From: Eledone cirrhosa
Lineage: Eukaryota
NCBI GenBank assembly: GCA_964016885.1
Contig: OZ024741.1
Span: 45,322,001 to 45,386,000, forward strand
Direction: 5' to 3'
Length of the DNA stretch: 64,000 bases
Shown here: positions 24,051-39,000 of the stretch, one piece after another
Position numbering within the stretch: the stretch's first letter is position 1
How the letters are laid out: each line of letters opens with the position of its first letter
Made by a program: the position numbers and the translations under genes
Notes under the pieces: model-generated
Seen by the model: the letters and a program-made list of their open reading frames with translations, nothing else
Database searches by the model: none
What the model was told of the DNA's origin: nothing

Positions 24051-27000
24051 TTAGAGGTAAGGGTTGACTGTGAAGGTGGTACAGTTGCTTTTGGTTGGGC
24101 TAACTAGTATGGTGGTGAGGGCGGTGGGGTTGGTGAATATAGATTTCGGCAGGGGTAGGAATTTAAATTCGTGTAAACTCTCTGCCTGAAAATTTTTACT
24201 GCTTTGCTTTTGGATGTTGTTGTAGTTGTTGGTGTTATTGTTGTTGGTACTTTTACTGTATTTACTGCTGCTGTTGGTGATAACTGTAGTGGTTGTGATA
24301 GTGCTGACGTTGCTACTGTTGTTGTTGTTGTTGGTACTGTTACTGTATTTACTGCTGCTGTTGGTGATAACTGTAGTGGTTGTGATAGTGCTGACGTTGC
24401 TGCTGGTGTTGTTGTTGTTGGTACTGTTACTGTATTTACTGCTGCTGTAGGTGCTAACTGTAGTGGTTGTGATAGTGCTGACGTTGCTGCTGCTGCTGTT
24501 GTTGTTGTTGGTACTGTTACTGTATTTACTGCTGCTGTTGGTGGTAACTGTAGTGGTTGTGATAGTGCTGACGTTGCTGCTGCTGTTGTTGGTACTGTTA
24601 CTGTATTTACTGCTGCTGTTGATGGTAACTGTAGTGGTTGTGATAGTGCTGTTGTTGCTGCTGTTGTTGTTGTTGGTACTGTTACTGTATTTACTGCTGC
24701 TGTTGGTGGTAACTGTAGTGGTTGTGATAGTGCTGTCGTTGCTGCTGCTGTTGTTGTTGGTACTGTTACTGTATTTACTGCTGCTGTTGGTGATAACTGT
24801 AGTGGTTGTGATAGTGCTGACGTTGCTGCTGTTGTTGTTGTTGTTGGTACTGTTACTGTATTTACTGCTGCTGTTGGTGGTAACTGTAGTGGTTGTGATA
24901 GTGCTGACGTTGCTGCTGTTGTTGTTGTTGGTACTGTTACTGTATTTACTGCTGCTGTTGGTGATAACTGTAGTGGTTGTGATAGTGCTGACGTTGCTGC
25001 TGTTGTTGTTGTTGTTGGTACTGTTACTGTATTTACTGCTGCTGTTGGTGGTAACTGTAGTGGTTGTGATAGTGCTGACGTTGCTGCTGCTGTTGTTGTT
25101 GTTGATATGTTACTGTATTTACTGCTGCTGTTGGTGGTAACTGTAGTGGTTGTGATAGTGCTGACGTTGCTGCTGTTGTTGTTGTTGTTGGTACTGTTAC
25201 TGTATTTACTGCTGCTGTTGGTGGTAACTGTAGTGGTTGTGATAGTGCTGACGTTGCTGCTGCTGTTGTTGTTGTTGATATGTTACTGTATTTACTGCTG
25301 CTGTTGGTGGTAACTGTAGTGGTTGTGATAGTGCTGACGTTGCTGCTGCTGTTGTTGTTGTTGGTACTGTTACTGTATTTACTGCTGCTGTTGGTGGTAA
25401 CTGTAGTGGTTGTGATAGTGCTGACGTTGCTGCTGTTGTTGTTGTTGTTGGTACTGTTACTGTATTTACTGCTACTGTTGGTGGTAACTGTAGTGGTTGT
25501 GATAGTGCTGACGATGCTGCTGTTGTTGTTGTTGTTGGTACTGTTACTGTATTTACTGCTGCTGTTGGTGGTAACTGTAGTGGTTGTGATAGTGCTGACG
25601 ATGCTGCTGTTGTTGTTGTTGTTGGTACTGTTACTGTATTTACTGCTGCTGTTGGTGGTAACTGTAGTGGTTGTGATAGTGCTGACGTTGCTGCTGCTGT
25701 TGTTGTTGTTGGTACTGTTACTGTATTTACTGCTGCTGTTGGTGGTAACTGTAGTGGTTGTGATAGTGCTGACGTTGCTGCTGCTGTTGTTGTTGGTACT
25801 GTTACTGTATTTACTGCTGCTGTTGGTGGTAACTGTAGTGGTTGTGATAGTGCTGACGTTGCTGTTGTTGTTGTTGTTGGTACTGTTACTGTATTTACTG
25901 CTGCTGTTGGTGTTAACTGTAGTGGTTGTGATAGTGCTGACGATGCTGCTGCTGTTGTTGTTGGTACTGTTACTGTATTTACTGCTGCTGTTGGTGGTAA
26001 CTGTAGTGGTTGTGATAGTGCTGACGTTGCTGCTGCTGTTGTTGTTGTTGGTACTGTTACTGTATTTACTGCTGCTGTTGGTGGTAACTGTAGTGGTTGT
26101 GATAGTGCTGACGTTGCTGCTGCTGTTGTTGTTGGTACTGTTACTGTATTTACTGCTGCTGTTGATGGTAACTGTAGTGGTTTTGATAGTGCTGACGTTG
26201 CTGCTGCTGTTGTTGTTGGTACTTTTACTGTATTTACTGCTGCTGTTGGTGGTAACTGTAGTGGTTGTGATAGTGCTGACGTTGCTGCTGCTGTTGTTGT
26301 TGGTACTGTTACTGTATTTACTGCTGCTGTTGGTGGTAACTGTAGTGGTTGTGATAGTGCTGACGTTGCTGCTGCTGTTGTTGTTGGTACTGTTACTGTA
26401 TTTACTGCTGCTGTTGGTGGTAACTGTAGTGGTTGTGATAGTGCTGACGTTGCTGCTGCTGTTGTTGTTGTTGTTGGTACTGTTACTGTATTTACTGCTG
26501 CTGTTGGTGGTAACTATAGTGGTTGTGATAGTGCTGACGTTGCTGCTGCTGTTGTTGTTGTTGGTACTGTTACTGTATTTACTGCTGCTGTTGGTGGTAA
26601 TTGTAGTGGTTGTGATAGTGCTGACGTTGCTGCTGTTGTTGTTGGTACTGTTACTGTATTTACTGCTGCTGTTGGTGGTAAATGTAGTGGTTGTGATAGT
26701 GCTGACGTTGCTGCTGTCGTTGTTGTTGGTACTGTTACTGTATTTACTGCTGCTGTTGGTGGTAACTGTAGTGGTTGTGATAGTGCTGACGTTGCTGCTG
26801 CTGCTGTTGTTGTTGGTACTGTTACTGTATTTACTGCTGCTGTTGGTGGTAACTGTAGTGGTTGTGATAGTGCTGACGTTGCTGCTGCTGCTGTTGTTGT
26901 TGGTACTGTTACTGTATTTACTGCTGCTGTTGATGGTAACTGTAGTGGTTTTGATAGTGCTGACGTTGCTGCTGCTGTTGTTGTTGGTACTTTTACTGTA

Positions 27001-30000
27001 TTTACTGCTGCTGTTGGTGGTAACTGTAGTGGTTGTGATAGTGCTGACGTTGCTGCTGCTGTTGTTGTTGGTACTGTTACTGTATTTACTGCTGCTGTTG
27101 GTGGTAACTGTAGTGGTTGTGATAGTGCTGACGTTGCTGCTGCTGTTGTTGTTGTTGTTGGTACTGTTACTGTATTTACTGCTGCTGTTGGTGGTAACTA
27201 TAGTGGTTGTGATAGTGCTGACGTTGTTGCTGCTGTTGTTGTTGTTGGTACTGTTACTGTATTTACTGCTGCTGTTGGTGGTAATTGTAGTGGTTGTGAT
27301 AGTGCTGACGTTGCTGCTGTTGTTGTTGGTACTGTTACTGTATTTACTGCTGCTGTTGGTGGTAAATGTAGTGGTTGTGATAGTGCTGACGTTGCTGCTG
27401 TCGTTGTTGTTGGTACTGTTACTGTATTTACTGCTGCTGTTGGTGGTAACTGTAGTGGTTGTGATAGTGCTGACGTTGCTGCTGCTGCTGTTGTTGTTGG
27501 TACTGTTACTGTATTTACTGCTGCTGTTGGTGGTAACTGTAGTGGTTGTGATAGTGCTGACGTTGCTGCTGCTGCTGTTGTTGTTGGTACTGTTACTGTA
27601 TTTACTGCTGCTGTTGATGGTAACTGTAGTGGTTTTGATAGTGCTGACGTTGCTGCTGCTGTTGTTGTTGGTACTTTTACTGTATTTACTGCTGCTGTTG
27701 GTGGTAACTGTAGTGGTTGTGATAGTGCTGACGTTGCTGCTGCTGTTGTTGTTGGTACTGTTACTGTATTTACTGCTGCTGTTGGTGGTAACTGTAGTGG
27801 TTGTGATAGTGCTGACGTTGCTGCTGCTGTTGTTGTTGTTGTTGGTACTGTTACTGTATTTACTGCTGCTGTTGGTGGTAACTATAGTGGTTGTGATAGT
27901 GCTGACGTTGCTGCTGCTGTTGTTGTTGTTGGTACTGTTACTGTATTTACTGCTGCTGTTGGTGATAACTGTAGTGGTTGTGATAGTGCTGACGTTGCTG
28001 CTGTTGTTGTTGGTACTGTTACTGTATTTACTGCTGCTGTTGGTGGTAAATGTAGTGGTTGTGATAGTGCTGACGTTGCTGCTGCTGTTGTTGTTGGTAC
28101 TGTTACTGTATTTACTGCTGCTGTTGGTGGTAACTGTAGTGGTTGTGATAGTGCTGACGTTGCTGCTGTCGTTGTTGTTGGTACTGTTACTGTATTTACT
28201 GCTGCTGTTGGTGGTAACTGTAGTGGTTGTGATAGTGCTGACGTTGCTGCTGTGTTGTTGTTGGTACTGTTACTGTATTTACTGCTGCTGTTGTGGTAAC
28301 TGTAGTGGTTGTGATAGTGCTGACGTTGCTGCTGCTGTTGTTGTTGTTGGTACTGTTACTGTATTTACTGCTGCTGTTGGTGGTAACTGTAGTGGTTGTG
28401 ATAGTGCTGACGTTGCTGCTGTTGTTGTTGGTACTGTTACTGTATTTACTGCTGCTGTTGGTGGTAACTGTAGTGGTTGTGATAGTGCTGACGTTGCTGC
28501 TGCTGTTGTTGTTGTTGGTACTGTTACTGTATTTACTGCTGCTGTTGGTGGTAACTGTAGTGGTTGTGATAGTGCTGACGATGCTGCTGCTGTTGTTGTT
28601 GGTACTGTTACTGTATTTACTGCTGCTGTTGGTGGTAACTGTAGTGGTTGTGATAGTGCTGACGTTGCTGCTGTTGTTGTTGTTGGTACTGTTACTGTAT
28701 TTACTGCTGCTGTTGGTGGTAACTGTAGTGGTTGTGATAGTGCTGACGTTGCTGCTGCTGTTGTTGGTACTGTTACTGTATTTACTGCTGCTGTTGATGG
28801 TAACTGTAGTGGTTGTGATAGAGCTGACGTTGCTGCTGCTGCTGTTGTTGTTGTTGGTACTGTTACTGTATTTACTGCTGCTGTTGGTGGTAACTGTAGT
28901 GGTTGTGATAGTGCTGACGTTGCTGTTGTTGTTGTTGGTACTGTTACTGTATTTACTGCTGCTGTTGGTGGTAACTGTAGTGGTTTTGATAGTGCTGACG
29001 TTGCTGCTGCTGTTGTTGTTGTTGGTACTGTTACTGTATTTACTGCTGCTGTTGGTGGTAACTGTAGTGGTTGTGATAGTGCTGACGTTGCTGCTGCTGT
29101 TGTTGTTGTTGGTACTGTTACTGTATTTACTGCTGCTGTTGGTGGTAACTGTAGTGGTTGTGATAGTGCTGACGTTGCTGTTGTTGTTGTTGGTACTGTT
29201 ACTGTATTTACTGCTGCTGTTGGTGGTAACTGTAGTGGTTTTGATAGTGCTGACGTTGCTGCTGCTGTTGTTGTTGTTGGTACTGTTACTGTATTTACTG
29301 CTGCTGTTGGTGGTAACTGTAGTGGTTGTGATAGTGCTGACGTTGCTGCTGCTGTTGTTGTTGTTGGTACTGTTACTGTATTTACTGCTGCTGTTGGTGG
29401 TAACTGTAGTGGTTGTGATAGTGCTGACGTTGCTGCTGTTGTTGTTGTTGTTGGTACTGTTACTGTATTTACTGCTGCTGTTGGTGATAACTGTAGTGGT
29501 TGTGATAGTGCTGACGTTGCTGCTGTTGTTGTTGTTGTTGGTACTGTTACTGTATTTACTGCTGCTGTTGGTGATAACTGTAGTGGTTGTGATAGTGCTG
29601 ACGTTGCTGCTGTTGTTGTTGTTGTTGGTACTGTTACTGTATTTACTGCTGCTGTTGGTGGTAACTGTAGTGGTTGTGATAGTGCTGACGTTGCTGCTGT
29701 TGTTGTTGTTGTTGGTACTGTTACTGTATTTACTGCTGCTGTTGGTGGTAACTGTAGTGGTTGTGATAGTGCTGACGTTGCTGCTGCTGTTGTTGTTGGT
29801 ACTGTTACTGTATTTACTGCTGCTGTTGTGGTAACTGTAGTGGTTGTGATAGTGCTGACGTTGCTGCTGCTGTTGTTGTTGGTACTGTTACTGTATTTAC
29901 TGCTGCTGTTGGTGGTAACTGTAGTGGTTGTGATAGTGCTGACGTTGCTGCTGTTGTTGTTGTTGGTACTGTTACTGTATTTACTGCTGCTGTTGGTGGT

Positions 30001-33000
30001 AACTGTAGTGGTTGTGATATTGCTGACGTTGCTGCTGTTGTTGTTGTTGGTACTGTTACTGTATTTACTGCTGCTGTTGTGGTAACTGTAGTGGTTGTGA
30101 TAGTGCTGACGTTGCTGCTGTTGTTGTTGGTACTGTTACTGTATTTACTGCTGCTGTTGTGGTAACTGTAGTGGTTGTGATAGTGCTGACGTTGCTGCTG
30201 CTGTTGTTGGTACTGTTACTGTATTTACTGCTGCTGTTGGTGGTAACTGTAGTGGTTGTGATATTGCTGACGTTGCTGCTGTTGTTGTTGTTGGTACTGT
30301 TACTGTATTTACTGCTGCTGTTGTGGTAACTGTAGTGGTTGTGATAGTGCTGACGTTGCTGCTGCTGTTGTTGTTGTTGGTACTGTTACTGTATTTACTG
30401 CTGCTGTTGGTGGTAACTGTAGTGGTTGTGATAGTGCTGATGTTGCTGCTGTTGTTGTTGTTGGTACTGTTACTGTATTTACTGCTGCTGTTGGTGGTAA
30501 CTGTAGTGGTTGTGATATTGCTGACGTTGCTGCTGTTGTTGTTGTTGGTACTGTTACTGTATTTACTGCTGCTGTTGGTGGTAACTGTAGTGGTTGTGAT
30601 AGTGCTGACGATGCTGCTGCTGTTGTTGTTGGTACTGTTACTGTATTTACTGCTGCTGTTGGTGGTAACTGTAGTGGTTGTGATAGTGCTGACGTTGCTG
30701 CTGCTGTTGTTGTTGGTACTGTTACTGTATTTACTGCTGCTGTTGGTGGTAACTGTAGTGGTTGTGATAGTGCTGACGTTGCTGCTGCTGTTGTTGTTGG
30801 TACTGTTACTGTATTTACTGCTGCTGTTGGTGGTAACTGTAGTGGTTGTGATAGTGCTGACGTTGCTGCTGTTGTTGTTGTTGTTGGTACTGTTACTGTA
30901 TTTACTGCTGCTGTTGGTGGTAACTGTAGTGGTTGTGATAGTGCTGACGTTGCTGCTGCTGTTGTTGTTGTTGGTACTGTTACTGTATTTACTGCTGCTG
31001 TTGGTGGTAACTGTAGTGGTTGCGATAGTGCTGACGTTGCTGCTGCTGATGTTGGTACTGTTACTGTATTTACTGCTGCTGTTGGTGGTAACTGTAGTGG
31101 TTGTGATAGTGCTGACGTTGCGGCTGTTGGTGTTGTTGGTACTGTTACTGTATTTACTGCTGCTGTTGGTGGTAACTGTAGTGGTTGTGATAGTGCTGAC
31201 GTTGCTGTTGTTGTTGTTGGTACTGTTACTGTATTTACTGCTGCTGTTGGTGGTAAATGTAGTGGTTGTGATAGTGCTGACGTTGCTGCTGCTGTTGTTG
31301 TTGTTGGTACTGTTACTGTATTTACTGCTGCTGTTGGTGGTAAATGTAGTGGTTGTGATAGTGCTGACGTTGCTGTTGTTGTTGTTGGTACTGTTACTGT
31401 ATTTACTGCTGCTGTTGGTGGTAACTATAGTGGTTGTGATAGTGCTGACGTTGCTGCTGCTGTTGTTGTTGTTGGTACTGTTACTGTATTTACTGCTGCT
31501 GTTGGTGGTAACTGTAGTGGTTGTGATAGTGCTGACGTTGCTGCTGCTGTTGTTGTTGTTGGTACTGTTACTGTATTTACTGCTGCTGTTGGTGGTAACT
31601 GTAGTGGTTGTGATAGTGCTGACGTTGCTGCTGTTGTTGTTGGTACTGTTACTGTATTTACTGCTGCTGTTGGTGGTAACTGTAGTGGTTGTGATAGTGC
31701 TGAGGTTGCTGCTGCTGTTGTTGTTGTTGGTACTGTTACTGTATTTACTGCTGCTGTTGGTGGTAACTGTAGTGGTTGTGATAGTGCTGAAGTTGCTGCT
31801 GCTGTTGTTGTTGGTACTTTTACTGTATTTACTGCTGCTGTTGGTGGTAACTGTAGTGGTTGTGATAGTGCTGACGTTGCTGCTGTTGTTGTTGGTACTG
31901 TTACTGTATTTACTGCTGCTGTTGGTGGTAACTGTAGTGGTTGTGATAGTGCTGACGTTGCTGCTGTTGTTGTTGTTGGTACTGTTACTGTATTTACTGC
32001 TGCTGTTGGTGGTAACTGTAGTGGTTGTGATAGTGCTGACGTTGCTGCTGTTGTTGTTGGTACTGTTACTGTATTTACTGCTGCTGTTGGTGGTAAATGT
32101 AGTGGTTGTGATAGTGCTGACGTTGCTGCTGTTGTTGTTGGTACTGTTACTGTATTTACTGCTGCTGTTGGTGGTAACTGTAGTGGTTGTGATAGTGCTG
32201 ACGTTGCTGCTGTTGTTGTTGGTACTGTTACTGTATTTACTGCTGCTGTTGGTGGTAACTGTAGTGGTTGTGATAGTGCTGACGTTGCTGCTGTTGTTGT
32301 TGGTACTGTTACTGTATTTACTGCTGCTGTTGGTGGTAAATGTAGTGGTTGTGATAGTGCTGACGTTGCTGCTGTTGTTGTTGGTACTGTTACTGTATTT
32401 ACTGCTGCTGTTGGTGGTAAATGTAGTGGTTGTGATAGTGCTGACGTTGCTGCTGTTGTTGTTGTTGGTACTGTTACTGTATTTACTGCTGCTGTTGGTG
32501 GTAACTATAGTGGTTGTGATAGTGCTGACGTTGCTGCTGTTGTTGTTGTTGGTACTGTTACTGTATTTACTGCTGCTGTTGGTGGTAACTGTAGTGGTTG
32601 TGATAGTGCTGACGTTGCTGCTGCTGTTGTTGTTGGTACTGTTACTGTATTTACTGCTGCTGTTGGTGGTAACTGTAGTGGTTGTGATAGTGCTGACGTT
32701 GCTGTTGTTGTTGTTGTTGGTACTGTTACTGTATTTACTGCTGCTGTTGGTGGTAACTATAGTGGTTGTGATAGTGCTGACGTTGCTGCTGCTGTTGTTG
32801 TTGTTGGTACTGTTACTGTATTTACTGCTGCTGTTGGTGGTAACTGTAGTGGTTGTGATAGTGCTGACGTTGCTGCTGTTGTTGTTGTTGGTACTGTTAC
32901 TGTATTTACTGCTGCTGTTGGTGGTAACTGTAGTGGTTGTGATAGTGCTGACGTTGCTGCTGTTGTTGTTGGTACTGTTACTGTATTTACTGCTGCTGTT

Positions 33001-36000
33001 GGTGGTAACTGTAGTGGTTGTGATAGTGCTGACGTTGCTGCTGTTGTTGTTGTTGGTACTGTTACTGTATTTACTGCTGCTGTTGGTGGTAACTATAGTG
33101 GTTGTGATAGTGCTGACGTTGCTGCTGCTGTTGTTGTTGTTGGTACTGTTACTGTATTTACTGCTGCTGTTGGTGGTAACTGTAGTGGTTGTGATAGTGC
33201 TGACGTTGCTGCTGTTGTTGTTGTTGGTACTGTTACTGTATTTACTGCTGCTGTTGGTGGTAACTGTAGTGGTTGTGATAGTGCTGACGTTGCTGCTGTT
33301 GTTGTTGGTACTGTTACTGTATTTACTGCTGCTGTTGGTGGTAAATGTAGTGGTTGTGATAGTGCTGACGTTGCTGCTGTTGTTGTTGTTGGTACTGTTA
33401 CTGTATTTACTGCTGCTGTTGGTGGTAACTATAGTGGTTGTGATAGTGCTGACGTTGCTGCTGCTGTTGTTGTTGTTGGTACTGTTACTGTATTTACTGC
33501 TGCTGTTGGTGGTAACTGTAGTGGTTGTGATAGTGCTGACGTTGCTGCTGCTGTTGTTGTTGTTGGTACTGTTACTGTATTTACTGCTGCTGTTGGTGGT
33601 AACTGTAGTGGTTGTGATAGTGCTGACGTTGCTGCTGTTGTTGTTGTTGGTACTGTTACTGTATTTACTGCTGCTGTTGGTGGTAACTGTAGTGGTTGTG
33701 ATAGTGCTGACGTTGCTGCTGTTGTTGTTGGTACTGTTACTGTATTTACTGCTGCTGTTGGTGGTAAATGTAGTGGTTGTGATAGTGCTGACGTTGCTGC
33801 TGTTGTTGTTGTTGGTACTGTTACTGTATTTACTGCTGCTGTTGGTGGTAACTGTAGTGGTTGTGATAGTGCTGACGTTGCTGCTGTTGTTGTTGGTACT
33901 GTTACTGTATTTACTGCTGCTGTTGGTGGTAACTGTAGTGGTTGTGATAGTGCTGACGTTGATGCTGCTGTTGTTGTTGTTGGTACTGTTACTGTATTTA
34001 CTGCTGCTGTTGGTGGTAACTGTAGTGGTTGTGATAGTGCTGACGTTGCTGCTGCTGTTGTTGTCGTTGGTACTGTTACGGTATTTACTGCTGCTGTTGG
34101 TGGTAAATGTAGTGGTTGTGATAGTGCTGACGTTACTGCTGCTGTTGTTGTTGGTACTGTTACTGTATTTACTGCTGCTGTTGGTGGTAACTGTAGTTGT
34201 TGTGATAGTGCTGATGTTGCTGTTGTTGTTGTTGGTACTGTTACTGTATTTACTGCTGCTGTTGGTGGTAACTGTAGTGGTTGTGATAGTGCTGACGTTG
34301 CTGCTGCTGTTGTTGTTGTTGATATGTTACTGTATTTACTGCTGCTGTTGGTGGTAAATGTAGTGGTTGTGATAGTGCTGATGTTGCTGCTGGTGGTGTT
34401 GTTAGTACTGTTACTGTATGTACTGCTGCTGTTGGTGGTAACTGTAGTGGTTGTGATAGTGCTGACATTGCTGCTGGTGGTGTTGTTGTTGGTACTGTTA
34501 CTGTATTTACTGCTGCTGTTGGTGGTAACTGTAGTGGTTGTGATAGTGCTGACGTTGCTGCTGTTGTTGTTGTTGGTACTGTTACTGTATTTACTGCTGC
34601 TGTTGGTGGTAACTGTAGTGGTTGTGATAGTGCTGACGTTGCTGCTGTTGTTGTTGTTGGTACTGTTACTGTATTTACTGCTGCTGTTGGTGGTAACTGT
34701 AGTGGTTGTGATAGTGCTGACGTTGCTGCTGTTGTTGTTGTTGGTACTGTTACTGTATTTACTGCTGCTGTTGGTGGTAACTATAGTGGTTGTGATAGTG
34801 CTGACGTTGCTGCTGTTGTTGTTGTTGTTGGTACTGTTACTGTATTTACTGCTGCTGTTGGTGGTAACTGTAGTGGTTGTGATAGTGCTGACGTTGCTGC
34901 TGCTGTTGTTGTTGTTGGTACTGTTACTGTATTTACTGCTGCTGTTGGTGGTAACTGTAGTGGTTGTGATAGTGCTGACGTTGCTGCTGTTGTTGTTGTT
35001 GGTACTGTTACTGTATTTACTGCTGCTGTTGGTGGTAACTGTAGTGGTTGTGATAGTGCTGACGTTGCTGCTGTTGTTGTTGTTGGTACTGTTACTGTAT
35101 TTACTGCTGCTGTTGGTGGTAACTGTAGTGGTTGTGATAGTGCTGACGATGCTGCTGCTGTTGTTGTTGGTACTGTATTTACTGCTGCTGTTGGTGGTAA
35201 CTGTAGTGGTTGTGATAGTGCTGACGTTGCTGCTGTTGTTGTTGTTGGTACTGTATTTACTGCTACTGTTGGTGGTAACTGTAGTGGTTGTGATAGTGCT
35301 GACGTTGCTGCTGCTGTTGTTGTTGGTACTGTTACTGTATTTACTGCTGCTGTTGGTGGTAACTGTAGTGGTTGTGATAGTGCTGACGTTGCTGCTGTTG
35401 TGTTGGTACTGTTACTGTATTTACTGCTGCTGTTGGTGGTAACTGTAGTGGTTGTGATAGTGCTGACGTTGCTGCTGTTGTTGTTGTTGTTGGTACTGTT
35501 ACTGTATTTACTGCTGCTGTTGGTGGTAACTGTAGTGGTTGTGATAGTGCTGACGTTGCTGCTGCTGTTGTTGTTGGTACTGTTACTGTATTTACTGCTG
35601 CTGTAGTTGGTAACTGTAGTGGTTGTGATAGTGCTGACGTTGCTGTTGTTGTTGTTGGTACTGTTACTGTATTTACTGCTGCTGTTGATGGTAACTGTAG
35701 TGGTTGTGATAGTGCTGTTGTTGCTGCTGTTGTTGTTGTTGGTACTGTTACTGTATTTACTGCTGCTGTTGGTGGTAACTGTAGTGGTTGTGATAGTGCT
35801 GACGTTGCTGCTGCTGTTGTTGTTGTTGGTACTGTTACTGTATTTACTGCTGCTCTTGGTGGTAACTGTAGTGGTTGTGATAGTGCTGACGTTGCTGCTG
35901 CTGTTGTTGTTGGTACTGTTACTGTATTTACTGCTGCTGTTGGTGGTAACTGTAGTGGTTGTGATAGTGCTGACGTTGCTACTGTTGTTGTTGTTGTTGG

Positions 36001-39000
36001 TACTGTTACTGTATTTACTGCTGCTGTTGGTGGTAACTGTAGTGGTTGTGATAGTGCTGACGTTGCTACTGTTGTTGTTGTTGTTGGTACTGTTACTGTA
36101 TTTACTGCTGCTGTTGGTGGTAACTGTAGTGGTTGTGATAGTGCTGACGTTGCTGCTGTTGTTGTTGTTGTTGGTACTGTTACTGTATTTACTGCTGCTG
36201 TTGGTGGTAACTGTAGTGGTTGTGATAGTGCTGACGTTGCTACTGTTGTTGTTGTTGTTGGTACTGTTACTGTATTTACTGCTGCTGTTGGTGATAACTG
36301 TAGTGGTTGTGATAGTGCTGAGGTTGCTGCTGCTGTTGTTGTTGGTACTGTTACTGTATTTACTGCTGCTGTTGGTGGTAACTGTAGTGGTTGTGATATT
36401 GCTGACGTTGCTGCTGTTGTTGTTGTTGGTACTGTTACTGTATTTACTGCTGCTGTTGTGGTAACTGTAGTGGTTGTGATAGTGCTGACGTTGCTGCTGC
36501 TGTTGTTGTTGGTACTGTTACTGTATTTACTGCTGCTGTTGGTGGTAACTGTAGTGGTTGTGATAGTGCTGACGTTGCTGCTGTTGTTGTTGTTGGTACT
36601 GTTACTGTATTTACTGCTGCTGTTGTGGTAACTGTAGTGGTTGTGATAGTGCTGACGTTGCTGCTGCTGTTGTTGTTGGTACTGTTACTGTATTTACTGC
36701 TGCTGTTGGTGGTAACTGTAGTGGTTGTGATAGTGCTGACGTTGCTGCTGTTGTGTTGGTACTGTTACTGTATTTACTGCTGCTGTTGGTGGTAACTGTA
36801 GTGGTTGTGATAGTGCTGACGTTGCTGCTGTTGTTGTTGTTGTTGGTACTGTTACTGTATTTACTGCTGCTGTTGGTGGTAACTATAGTGGTTGTGATAG
36901 TGCTGACGTTGCTGCTGCTGTTGTTGTTGGTACTGTTACTGTATTTACTGCTGCTGTTGGTGGTAACTGTAGTGGTTGTGATAGTGCTGATGTTGCTGCT
37001 GTTGTGTTGGTACTGTTACTGTATTTACTGCTGCTGTTGGTGGTAACTGTAGTGGTTGTGATAGTGCTGACGTTGCTGCTGTTGTTGTTGTTGTTGGTAC
37101 TGTTACTGTATTTACTGCTGCTGTTGGTGGTAACTGTAGTGGTTGTGATAGTGCTGACGTTGCTGCTGCTGTTGTTGTTGTTGGTACTGTTACTGTATTT
37201 ACTGCTGCTGTTGGTGGTAACTGTAGTGGTTGTGATAGTGCTGACGTTGCTGCTGTTGTTGTTGTTGTTGGTACTGTTACTGTATTTACTGCTGCTGTTG
37301 GTGGTAACTGTAGTGGTTGTGATAGTGCTGACGTTGCTGCTGCTGTTGTTGTTGGTACTGTTACTGTATTTACTGCTGCTGTTGGTGGTAACTGTAGTGG
37401 TTGTGATAGTGCTGACGTTGCTACTGTTGTTGTTGTTGTTGGTACTGTTACTGTATTTACTGCTGCTGTTGGTGATAACTGTAGTGGTTGTGATAGTGCT
37501 GACGTTGCGGCTGTTGGTGTTGTTGGTACTGTTACTGTATTTACTGCTGCTCTTGGTGGTAACTGTAGTGGTTGTGATAGTGCTGACGTTGCTGCTGTTG
37601 TTGTTGTTGTTGGTACTGTTACTGTATTTACTGCTGCTGTTGGTGGTAACTGTAGTGGTTGTGATAGTGCTGACGTTGCTGCTGCTGTTGTTGTTGTTGG
37701 TACTGTTACTGTATTTACTGCTGCTGTTGGTGGTAACTGTAGTGGTTGCGATAGTGCTGACGTTGCTGCTGCTGATGTTGGTACTGTTACTGTATTTACT
37801 GCTGCTGTTGGTGGTAACTGTAGTGGTTGTGATAGTGCTGACGTTGCGGCTGTTGGTGTTGTTGGTACTGTTACTGTATTTACTGCTGCTGTTGGTGGTA
37901 ACTGTAGTGGTTGTGATAGTGCTGACGTTGTGCTGTTGTTGGTACTGTTACTGTAGTTTCTGCTGCTGTTGGTGGTAACTGTAGTGGTTGTGATAGTGCT
38001 GACGTTGCTGTTGTTGTTGTTGGTACTGTTACTGTATTTACTGCTGCTGTTGGTGGTAACTATAGTGGTTGTGATAGTGCTGACGTTGCTGCTGCTGTTG
38101 TTGTTGTTGGTACTGTTACTGTATTTACTGCTGCTGTTGGTGGTAACTGTAGTGGTTGTGATAGTGCTGACGTTGCTGCTGCTGTTGTTGTTGTTGGTAC
38201 TGTTACTGTATTTACTGCTGCTGTTGGTGGTAACTGTAGTGGTTGTGATAGTGCTGACGTTGCTGCTGTTGTTGTTGGTACTGTTACTGTATTTACTGCT
38301 GCTGTTGGTGGTAACTGTAGTGGTTGTGATAGTGCTGAGGTTGCTGCTGCTGTTGTTGTTGTTGGTACTGTTACTGTATTTACTGCTGCTGTTGGTGGTA
38401 ACTGTAGTGGTTGTGATAGTGCTGAAATTGCTGCTGCTGTTGTTGTTGGTACTTTTACTGTATTTACTGCTGCTGTTGGTGGTAACTGTAGTGGTTGTGA
38501 TAGTGCTGACGTTGCTGCTGTTGTTGTTGGTACTGTTACTGTATTTACTGCTGCTGTTGGTGGTAACTGTAGTGGTTGTGATAGTGCTGACGTTGCTGCT
38601 GTTGTTGTTGTTGGTACTGTTACTGTATTTACTGCTGCTGTTGGTGGTAACTGTAGTGGTTGTGATAGTGCTGACGTTGCTGCTGTTGTTGTTGGTACTG
38701 TTACTGTATTTACTGCTGCTGTTGGTGGTAAATGTAGTGGTTGTGATAGTGCTGACGTTGCTGCTGTTGTTGTTGGTACTGTTACTGTATTTACTGCTGC
38801 TGTTGGTGGTAACTGTAGTGGTTGTGATAGTGCTGACGTTGCTGCTGTTGTTGTTGGTACTGTTACTGTATTTACTGCTGCTGTTGGTGGTAACTGTAGT
38901 GGTTGTGATAGTGCTGACGTTGCTGCTGTTGTTGTTGGTACTGTTACTGTATTTACTGCTGCTGTTGGTGGTAAATGTAGTGGTTGTGATAGTGCTGACG

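Noticed and set aside
24204-25313. CxxC repeat protein (NCSGCDS), metallothionein- or antifreeze-like, on the plus strand
   Set aside because: There is no ATG (TTG start shortly after an in-frame stop), and the Cys codons vary freely to Tyr/Phe among units. Kept only as one of the open frames.
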